A DNA stretch of 27,634 nucleotides from Minisyncoccota bacterium. GTDB taxonomy: Bacteria; Patescibacteriota; Minisyncoccia; UBA6257; JAKLIH01. Positions 19,538 to 27,634 of the stretch are shown here, in pieces. The stretch is from positions 6,015-33,648 of the forward strand of contig JAQUZI010000001.1 of assembly GCA_028691405.1 (NCBI GenBank), read 5' to 3'. The position numbers and the translations under genes are program-made. Below the pieces are notes generated by a model that saw nothing but the letters and a program-made list of their open reading frames with translations, was not told the origin of the DNA and searched no databases. The first letter of the stretch is position 1. Each line of letters opens with the position of its first letter.

Positions 19538-20182
19538 ATGATTGAAGCTGTTATTTTTGATATGGATGGGGTTATATCTGATACCCAAAAAATTCATTCT
19601 GAAGTCGAGTCAGAAATATTTTCTCGATACGATGTTAAAATAACTCCAGAAGAAATTAGTGATAAATATGCTGGGGTTAGGACGAGAGAAGTTTTTACTA
19701 AAATATTAAGTTCAAAGGGAGTTGATTTTGATGTAGAAGAGTTAATGCAGGAAAAAACTAGCAAAGCAATTGCAAAATTTAAAATATCAGTAGACCCAGT
19801 TGATGGCATCTATGATTTATTAGATTTATTAGATAAATTAAATATTAAAAAAGCTGTTGCATCTGCATCTTTTTCTGAACTTATCAATATTATTTTAAAT
19901 CAACTTAATGTTGTTGATAGATTTGATGCTCTTGTTGGAGCAGATATGGTTTCTAATGGCAAACCAGACCCAGAAATATTTTTATTAGCTGCTAAAAAAA
20001 TTAATGTAAATCCTGAAAAATGTTTAGTTATAGAAGATGGTTTAAGTGGAATGATTGGTGCTTCAAAAGCTAATATGAAATGTATCGGCTTAGTTAGAAA
20101 AGTTGATTTTGATAAATATCCAACCAAAAATCAAATTTTATCTTTAAGCGATATAGACGAAGAGTATTTATTAAGACTATAA
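19538..20182 (+). CDS. HAD-family phosphatase (beta-phosphoglucomutase-like)
   Basis: IFDMDGVI, AVASAS, GKPDPEIF, VIEDG. Confidence 0.9.
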   Translation: MIEAVIFDMDGVISDTQKIHSEVESEIFSRYDVKITPEEISDKYAGVRTREVFTKILSSKGVDFDVEELMQEKTSKAIAKFKISVDPVDGIYDLLDLLDKLNIKKAVASASFSELINIILNQLNVVDRFDALVGADMVSNGKPDPEIFLLAAKKINVNPEKCLVIEDGLSGMIGASKANMKCIGLVRKVDFDKYPTKNQILSLSDIDEEYLLRL

Positions 20183-20189
20183 TTTGTTT

Positions 20190-20218
20190 TTGCTTTTTTT
20201 CTTCTTTTTTGTTATATT
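20190..20218 (+). promoter_or_regulatory. Possible adk-map promoter
   Basis: TTGCTT (20190-20195), 17-nt spacer, TG at 20210-20211, TATATT (20213-20218). Confidence 0.45.
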
Positions 20219-20249
20219 TTACATATATATTAATATTTAAAATTTTGTC

Positions 20250-20921
20250 ATGAAAACAATTTATGCTAGCTTTATTGGTAAAGGTAATTGCGGGAAAGGA
20301 ACGCAAGCTAAAATATTAGCTGATAAATATAATTTAAAAATGATATCCACTGGTAGTTTATTAAGAGAATGGGCATTAAAAGGGGATGACAATTTTTGAG
20401 CTAAGAAAATCAATGAAGATATAGACAAAGGTGTTATTGTTCCAACTGCTCTAGTTTTCTATTTATGATTTTCTAAATTATTAAATTTTGATATACATCA
20501 AGGCGTTGTTTTTGAAGGCAGTCCTAGAATGCCAATTGAAGGTCAAGCTATGGATGAAATATTTAATTGAATGGAGAATAACCATTTTTTTGTTTTTCAT
20601 TTAAATATTCCAGATGAGGAATCATTACATCGATCTTCTGTTCGTCGTTACTGTCCTAAATGTCACCAAACTTATTCTTTAGATATTGATCCTGATATTA
20701 CCCATTGTAAAGATGATAATACCGAGTTAATTATTAGAGATGACGATCGCCCAGAAGTTATTAAAAAAAGAATTGAAGAATTTAATGAGCATGTCGTCCC
20801 AACAATAGAGTTTCTTCGATCCAAAGGGGTTCTATATGACATTAATGGGGTAGGTTCAATAGAAGAAATAGCCGAAAAAATTAATCAAATAGTGGAAGAC
20901 AAAATACATGATAACAATTAA
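20250..20921 (+). CDS. adk: Adenylate kinase (223 aa; 3 TGA = Trp)
   Basis: GKGTQA, ISTGSLLR, EGSPR, lid CPKC..CKDD, RDDD.PEVIKKR; directly precedes map. Confidence 0.92.
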
Positions 20922-21669
20922 AAGTAAAAAAGATATTGAAATATTAAAAGTTGGTGGTAAAATTTTAAGAAAAACATTACTTCAAGTCTCTAAATTAATT
21001 AAACCCGGTATAGATGGTTTAACTCTTGATAATTTTGCTTTTAATTTTATTAAAGATAACGACAGTATTCCTGCATTTTTGAATTACAAAGCTGGATTTA
21101 TGTCTACTCCTTTTCCTTCAACATTGTGTCTATCTAAAAACAATGTTGTTGTTCACGGTGTTGCCTCCAAAGATTTAATTTTAAATGACGGGGATATTGT
21201 TAGTATTGATTGTGGACTGTCCTATAAAAATCTTTTTGTTGATAGCGCTATTACTGTATGTGTTGGTAATGTTGATAAAAAAACAAAACAACTAATTAAT
21301 GCAACCAAAGAGTCTTTGAACAAAGCTATCTATATGTGTAAAAAAGGGAAAACAGTTGGAGATATAGGTCATGCGATAGAAACGCATCTAAATAAAAATG
21401 AGTTTCACGCTATTAAAGAATTAGTTGGGCATGGAACTGGTTTTCAATTACATGAAGATCCAGAAATATATAATTATGGTATACCTGGTTCAGGTATTAA
21501 ATTAAAACCAGGCTATGTTATTGCGATTGAACCAATGGCTACTTTTGATCAAACATCAGTTGTTCAAAATGAAAGAGACGAATTTGTCACTGAAAATGAC
21601 CAAGTTGCTGCTCATTTTGAACATAGCATTGCTATTACCGATAAAGAGCCAATTATATTAACAAAATAA
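20908..21669 (+). CDS. map: Methionine aminopeptidase type I
   Basis: VVVHG, GDIVSIDCG, DSAIT, GHGTG..LHEDP, IAIEPM, AHFEHSI. Overlaps adk by 14 nt. Confidence 0.97.
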   Translation: MITIKSKKDIEILKVGGKILRKTLLQVSKLIKPGIDGLTLDNFAFNFIKDNDSIPAFLNYKAGFMSTPFPSTLCLSKNNVVVHGVASKDLILNDGDIVSIDCGLSYKNLFVDSAITVCVGNVDKKTKQLINATKESLNKAIYMCKKGKTVGDIGHAIETHLNKNEFHAIKELVGHGTGFQLHEDPEIYNYGIPGSGIKLKPGYVIAIEPMATFDQTSVVQNERDEFVTENDQVAAHFEHSIAITDKEPIILTK

Positions 21670-21706
21670 TTTGATTAAACATCAAAGAATTCCTTAAAAC
21701 AAAATT

Positions 21707-22117
21707 ATGAGATTTTTAGGTATAGACTATGGCAATAAAAGAATAGGAATTTCGGTTAGTGATGAATCTAATTCTATAGCTAATCCATATACAACTATTA
21801 TAAACAAAGATTTTAAAACAGTTGTTAGTCAAATAGTTAAAATTATTAAAGATGAAGATATAACAGATATTGTTATTGGTATTCCTCTTAGTTTTGAATT
21901 TTCTAATACCGAGCAAACAGAATTAACTCAAAAATTTATTAATTATTTAAAAACAAAACTTCCTGAAATTAATATTCATGTTGAAAATGAGATATTATCA
22001 ACCAGGGAGGCAGAGAATAAGTTAGATAATATTAATAATAAAAAATCTATTATCGATCAAACAGCTAGTTGTTTGATTCTACAAGGGTATATAGATAAAA
22101 ATCAATATGGAAAATAA
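21707..22117 (+). CDS. ruvX: YqgF/RuvX-family nuclease
   Basis: LGIDYGNKRIGISVSD, IVIGIPL, E.LST, ID..A..LILQ.Y. Confidence 0.93.
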   Translation: MRFLGIDYGNKRIGISVSDESNSIANPYTTIINKDFKTVVSQIVKIIKDEDITDIVIGIPLSFEFSNTEQTELTQKFINYLKTKLPEINIHVENEILSTREAENKLDNINNKKSIIDQTASCLILQGYIDKNQYGK

Positions 22118-23075
22118 TATTATTTTAAAAAATATTAAATTAAATAAATTTACTACTTGCAGGACCGGAGGTGTTGCAAAATATTTTACTCAAATTGATA
22201 ATGTAGATGATTTGGTTAATGTTTTAAACTTAACCAAGAAAGAAGGCTTAAAAGTTTTTGTTTTAGGTGGCGGTAGCAATATTTTAATTAATGATACTGG
22301 GTTTGATGGTTTAGTCATTAAAGTTTTAAACAAAAGATTAAAAATTCAAAAATTAGATAATGGTTATTTCGAAATTAATGCTGGAGCAGGATGAAATCTA
22401 AATAATTTAATAACCAAATTGCAAGATGAGTCCATTTCATGTATTGAAGATTTGTTTGGCATACCTGGCACTATTGGTGGATCTGTTCGTGGCAATTGCG
22501 GTGTTGGGTATTTTGAAATCAAAGACGTTGTTAATAATGTTTACAACATCGATTGATTGAAATTTAATGAATATAATTTTGAAATAAAAAAATATAATCA
22601 AAACGAATGCGGGTTTGGCTATCGAGAAAGTATTTTTAAAAGAAAGGCCAATGTAATTTGAGAAGTAAATCTAATTGGTAGGCAAATGGATAGCAGTATT
22701 ATTAAAGAAAAAGTAAAAAACACAATGGATAAAAGACTTAAAAGCCAACCGTATGAATTTCCTAATTTCGGGTCTACTTTTAAGAATGTTAAATTAGAAG
22801 AATTTGATCCAAAGATCTGGAACGAAGAAAATTTATTAGTTGTTAATAGTCAAAATGTTAAGCAAGTACCAGCTGGATGGCTTATTGATCAATGCGGATT
22901 AAAAGGTTTTAGCATTAATGGCGCAAAGATATCAGAAAAGCATGCTAATTTTATAATTAATTTTGATAAAGCTAAAAGTTTAGATATTTTTAATTTAATT
23001 TCTTTTGTAAAAGAAAAAGTTTTAGAAAAATTTGGAGTTTATTTAGAACTTGAAGTTCAATTAATTGGATTTTAA
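22107..23075 (+). CDS. murB: UDP-N-acetylenolpyruvoylglucosamine reductase (322 aa; 3 TGA = Trp)
   Basis: LGGGSNILI.D.GFDG.VI, GIPGTIGG, FGYRESIF, QP..P..GS.FKN, EKHANFIIN, LELEV. Confidence 0.96.
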
Positions 23076-23125
23076 TGTTTACAAAAATTTTTTAAAAATA
23101 TTTTTAATTTTTTTCAATTTACCTC

Positions 23126-23154
23126 TTGATTTTTTTTAAAAAATAGTTTACAAT
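23126..23154 (+). promoter_or_regulatory. Promoter for the Lys-rich protein
   Basis: TTGATT (23126-23131), 17-nt spacer, TACAAT (23149-23154). Confidence 0.6.
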
Positions 23155-23231
23155 ATATTTGAAATATATAAAAATATTTTTAAAAATATTTTAAGGTCGA
23201 AAAATTTAAAATAAAATTTTAAAAAAACATC

Positions 23232-23465
23232 ATGGTTACAAAAAAGAAAACCACAAAGAAAGTTGCAACAAAGAAACCAGTAAAGAAACCAGTAAAGAAA
23301 GCAACAAAGAAGGTTGCTAAGAAACCAACAAAGAAACCAGTAAAGAAAGCAACAAAAAAAGTTGTAAAAAAAGCAGTAAAAAAACCAGCAAAAAAGGTTA
23401 AAAAGACTGTTAAAAAAACAACTGCAAAGAGAAAAACCAAGACAACCAAAAAAGCAAAGAAATAG
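23232..23465 (+). CDS. Histone-H1-like Lys-rich repeat protein (77 aa)
   Basis: 38 Lys + 1 Arg, no acidic residue, KKPV/KKAT repeats. Flanked by its own promoter and terminator. Confidence 0.8.
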   Translation: MVTKKKTTKKVATKKPVKKPVKKATKKVAKKPTKKPVKKATKKVVKKAVKKPAKKVKKTVKKTTAKRKTKTTKKAKK

Positions 23466-23540
23466 TTAGTTTAAAAAGAAAGTTAGTAGTACTAACGTTC
23501 AAATAAACTACTCAAAAATAGTTTATTAAAGAAAGCTTTG

Positions 23541-23570
23541 ACCACCCTCATTTATTTGAGGGTGGTTTTA
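23541..23570 (+). terminator. Intrinsic terminator
   Basis: accaccctca/tgagggtggt perfect 10-bp stem followed by T-rich sequence. Confidence 0.85.
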
Positions 23571-23572
23571 GT

Positions 23573-23601
23573 TTGATTTTTTAATTGTTTTTGTTTATAC
23601 T
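23573..23601 (+). promoter_or_regulatory. Possible mscS promoter
   Basis: TTGATT (23573-23578), 17-nt spacer, TATACT (23596-23601). Confidence 0.5.
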
Positions 23602-23629
23602 GTTTATATATAAGAATTAAACAATTATT

Positions 23630-24634
23630 ATGTATAATTTAAACCCAGATATTATAAAATTTATTTTAACATTTGTAGGGTCGTTTTTGATACTATATCT
23701 TGTTAAAACTTTCATAGTCGTAAGATTAAAAAACCTATCAAAAAAAACATCTAATAAATTTGATGATTTATTAATTGATTTAGTCAATAGACTTCATATA
23801 GTTTTTTATATCTCGCTATCTTTATTTATTGCTTTTAGCATTATTAATATCCCTCAACTTGAAAAGATAGTGTCATATATAATTTTAGTTAATGTTTTCT
23901 ATTATGGTATTATATTTTCTCAGGGGATTTTAAAATTCTTTATTGAAAAGAATATTAATGCTGATAATAAACATTCTTTATCTTTAATGCATAAAATACT
24001 TAATTTTGTTATTGTTGTTTTTGCTGTTTTATTACTTTTGCAAAACTTTGGCGTTAATTTAACTTCTGTTATCGCTGGACTTGGGGTTACTGGTATAGCA
24101 ATTGCTTTTGCTCTTCAAAATATATTAGGTGATATTTTTGCTTATTTCACGATTCATTTTGACAAGCCTTTTAAAGAAGGGGATTTCATTAATGTTGGTG
24201 AAGAATATGGGGTGGTTAAGAAAATCGGTATAAAATCAACCAGAATAGAAAATTTATTAGGAGATGAAATTGTTTTTTCTAACAAAGATTTAACCGAGGC
24301 TAGAGTCCATAATTACAAGAAGATGGAGAAAAGAAGAAATACCTTAACTGTTGGTGTAGAATACGACACTGACATATCTAAATTAGAAAAAATAAAAGAA
24401 ATTTTAAATGATATTGTTAAAGATATCCAAGACATTGAAATTGCTAATATTGTTTTTGATGAATTATCAAGCTCTTCCTTAAACTTTACAGTTATTTACT
24501 ATGTTTTAGATGGGGATTACAATAAACATTTAAATATTAAAGATCATATAAATTTTGAGATAATTAAAAAATTTAAGGAAAACAATATTAATTTTGCTTT
24601 TCCTTCACAAACTGTATATGTTCGAAAAGAATAA
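23630..24634 (+). CDS. mscS: Small-conductance mechanosensitive channel family protein
   Basis: AGLGVTGIAIAFALQNILGD, DKPFKEGDFI, V.KIGIKSTRI, FAFPSQTVY. Confidence 0.93.
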   Translation: MYNLNPDIIKFILTFVGSFLILYLVKTFIVVRLKNLSKKTSNKFDDLLIDLVNRLHIVFYISLSLFIAFSIINIPQLEKIVSYIILVNVFYYGIIFSQGILKFFIEKNINADNKHSLSLMHKILNFVIVVFAVLLLLQNFGVNLTSVIAGLGVTGIAIAFALQNILGDIFAYFTIHFDKPFKEGDFINVGEEYGVVKKIGIKSTRIENLLGDEIVFSNKDLTEARVHNYKKMEKRRNTLTVGVEYDTDISKLEKIKEILNDIVKDIQDIEIANIVFDELSSSSLNFTVIYYVLDGDYNKHLNIKDHINFEIIKKFKENNINFAFPSQTVYVRKE

Positions 24635-24653
24635 AAAATGCATTTAAAACATT

Positions 24654-24682
24654 AGCACCTGTTTAAAGCAGGTGCTTTTTTT
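24654..24682 (+). terminator. Intrinsic terminator after mscS
   Basis: agcacctg/caggtgct stem followed by a T-tract. Confidence 0.85.
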
Positions 24683-24688
24683 AAAGTC

Positions 24689-24697
24689 TGTGGAAAA
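24689..24697 (-). promoter_or_regulatory. DnaA-box consensus match 1 (TTTTCCACA)
   Basis: tgtggaaaa is the reverse complement of TTWTNCACA. Part of the 15-nt direct repeat aaagtctgtggaaaa. Confidence 0.5.
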
Positions 24698-24714
24698 GTA
24701 CCCCTAAAAGGGTA

Positions 24715-24743
24715 TTGACTTTTTTATTTTTGTGGAGTATAAT
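24715..24743 (+). promoter_or_regulatory. mraZ/dcw promoter
   Basis: TTGACT (24715-24720), 17-nt spacer, TATAAT (24738-24743). Confidence 0.75.
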
Positions 24744-24762
24744 ATAAGTGAAATGTAATTAA

Positions 24763-24777
24763 GTGGGAGAAAGTGGG
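24763..24777 (+). promoter_or_regulatory. MraZ operator (GTGGG repeats, 10-nt period)
   Basis: aaGTGGGagaaaGTGGGg upstream of mraZ matches the known TGGGN/GTGG-type MraZ boxes. Confidence 0.75.
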
Positions 24778-24793
24778 GAAAACTCTAAAAGTC

Positions 24794-24802
24794 TGTGGAA
24801 AA
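24794..24802 (-). promoter_or_regulatory. DnaA-box consensus match 2 (TTTTCCACA)
   Basis: Second copy of aaagtctgtggaaaa (24788-24802), 105 nt from the first. Confidence 0.5.
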
Positions 24803-24874
24803 CCATAAAATTACATTTTAAGCTTTCTTTAGTAAATTATTTATAATTTACATTAATAATATTATATTTTCATT

Positions 24875-25306
24875 ATGTTTATTGGTGAATACAAACATAC
24901 AATTGATTCAAAAAACAGAATGACAATTCCGTCAAAGTTTCAAGGGCAACTCTCAGAAGGGGCTATTATTACTCGTGGCCTTGATAACTGTTTATTTGTA
25001 TTCACTAATGAAGAATGAAAGAGAGTCGCTGAACAAATCAAGCAACAATCATTTACGACCGCTAACGCTCGTGCTTTTAGCCGTTTAATGTTGGCCGGTG
25101 CTATGGATGTAAAAATTGACAAACAAGGAAGAATACTTATTCCAACTTATCTATCTGAATATGGTAATTTAGGACAAAAAGTTGTTGTTGCTGGTTTGTA
25201 TGATCGTTTAGAAATATGAAATGAAGAATCTTGAGAAGAATACAAGAAGAAAACAGAATCTAATGCTAACGATATTTCTGAACAAATGTCTAATTTAGGT
25301 ATTTAA
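24875..25306 (+). CDS. mraZ: Transcriptional regulator MraZ (143 aa; 3 TGA = Trp; absent from the ORF track)
   Basis: [44 protein letters not shown]. Confidence 0.97.
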
Positions 25307-25323
25307 TAGTTTAAAAACTAATA

Positions 25324-26217
<894 letters not shown>

Positions 26218-26239
26218 AAAATCAATTAAACATAATCTT

Positions 26240-26650
26240 ATGACAGTAAATAGCTTTTATTATCAAAAACCAAATTCAACAACATTACTTCCTAATTTAA
26301 ATATTAAGAGGGTAAGACGAGTCGGTAAAAGTTATTTATCCAATAGTAGTAAAGGTGGTTTTGTTTCAAGCGTCTGGTTATTTTTAATTGGCATTTTAGT
26401 TATTGTAGGAACAATCTTTATTTGTTCTCAATCAATGAATGGTGATTTAGACTATCGCATTACTGAAGCTAAGGGCAGATTAAAAGCTTTAGAAATTGAA
26501 AATGCAGAATTAAAAACAAATTTAGTTAAAAATATTTCTCCTGAACATATTTCTTCATGAGCTAAAGAAAATAATTTTGTCAAAAACAATAATTTTTCAC
26601 ATTACAGTATAGACCAAGTTAAAACTTTATCTCTAAATACAAATAACTAA
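26240..26650 (+). CDS. FtsL-like bitopic membrane protein (136 aa; TGA 26558 = Trp)
   Basis: One TM segment followed by a coiled-coil heptad region; canonical position between rsmH and a PBP. No sequence signature recognised. Confidence 0.65.
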
Positions 26651-26667
26651 TATTTTTAACTATTTTT

Positions 26668-27634
26668 ATGAAAAAGTATAAAAATTGAACAAGTAACAGT
26701 TTAATTAATAAAAATCATACAAAAATATTGCAAATTGGTTTTGCAATAATCTTTGTATCGATTTTTTTGTTTTTATTTAAATTGCAAGTTTTACATGATG
26801 AAAGCATGTCCGAAGCGAGTAATAAAGATGATAATATTCAACACACAACTAGCGCGCAAAGAGGAAATATATACTTTACTGATAAGTCAGGATCATTAAT
26901 CCCAGTAGCTATTAATAAATCATACAAAACAATTGCAGTTGATCCTAAAACATTACAACGCGATAATGAAGTAGAAATTGCTGCCAAATTATTATCCCCA
27001 ATTGTTAATATTTCAGAAGAAGATTTATTAAAGGTTTTTAATAAGAAAAATTCTCAGTATGAAGTTTTAATTAAAAAAACAGATAATGAAGAGCTAATTA
27101 AACAAGTTGAAAGTATTAGAGCTAAAGATGGTGAAGGGTTTAAAACAATCAGGGGAATTACCATTCAAGAAGAATTTGAACGCTATTATCCTTTTAAAGA
27201 CTTAGCTTGTCATACTATTGGCTTTGTTGCTAATAATGAAGACAATGAAAGTAAAATAGGGGTTTATGGCCTTGAGAAATACTATAACGATATTCTTGAT
27301 GGCAGTGAAGGTGTTTTTAGTGGCTATAAAGATGCAGCTGGTCGTTTAATCAGATCACTTGCATCCCAAGAAAAACTACCAATCAATGGAGATTCATTAA
27401 TCACAACAATTGATAAAAATATTCAATATCAAGCCGAAGAGACAATAAAGAATTTAGTAGAATCACGTAAAGCCTCTTCCGGGTCTGTATTAGTTATGGA
27501 TGTTGTATCTGGTAAAATGCTAGCCATTGCTAATTATCCTAGCTTTGATCTTAACAAATTTTTTGACGTTGAAGACTATTCTATTTATCGTAATTTAGCT
27601 ATAGAGTCTCCGCTTGAAATGGGTTCGGTTATGA
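26668..27634 (+). CDS. Class B penicillin-binding protein, FtsI-like (partial, runs off the window)
   Basis: N-terminal TM, RGNIY, RYYP, IG.YGLEKYY, TTIDKNIQ, VMDV.SGKMLAIANYPSFD. Window ends at EMGSVM, the start of the expected SxxK motif. Confidence 0.92.

Noticed and set aside
23260-23400. Short DNA repeats suggestive of a CRISPR array or VNTR
   Set aside because: They are in-frame coding repeats without a repeat-spacer structure, and no cas genes are nearby.
23219-23449. Hydrophobic Phe/Val-rich minus-strand ORF resembling a membrane peptide
   Set aside because: It is the antisense mirror of the AAA/AAG-rich gene. Promoter and terminator orientation favour the + strand.
4282-25122. Minus-strand and alternate-frame ORFs in the track (e.g. 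4282-4473, 4537-4767, 6178-6414, 7961-8281, 13114-13443, 24940-25122)
   Set aside because: They are shadows of well-supported + strand genes, with no recognisable motifs.
1614-25219. Genetic code 25 (UGA = Gly) as in Gracilibacteria/Absconditabacteria
   Set aside because: Conserved-site TGAs align to Trp (TCFW, ETVW, KPW, KTW, SSW, LEIW), and conserved Gly motifs use GGN codons.

Overview
This is an AT-rich bacterial chromosome segment with all supported genes on the + strand. It carries the str, S10 and spc ribosomal superoperon (rpsL to secY), a mixed housekeeping block (MFS, pgeF, HAD, adk, map, ruvX, murB, a histone-H1-like gene, mscS) and the start of the dcw cluster (mraZ-rsmH-ftsL-like-PBP). 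The organism does not use the standard code. About 46 in-frame TGA codons (hand count) interrupt the supplied ORF track, and many sit at conserved Trp positions (EF-G TCFW/ETVW, L4 KPW, S19 KTW, S14 terminal SSW, MraZ LEIW). Every gene ends in TAA or TAG, so TGA = Trp (table 4), and the coordinates below are re-called accordingly. Loss of L30, absence of Shine-Dalgarno sites and gene content suggest Patescibacteria (Parcubacteria-like; inference). The murB, ftsL-like and PBP genes argue against Mollicutes. A 2-kb cassette separates fusA from tuf. It holds two tandem paralogous proteins with two HTH-like motifs each, followed by a separately promoted, highly base-paired ~240-nt region I cannot assign to a known RNA family. 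A second promoter-to-terminator unit of ~150 nt with no ORF lies upstream of rpsL.
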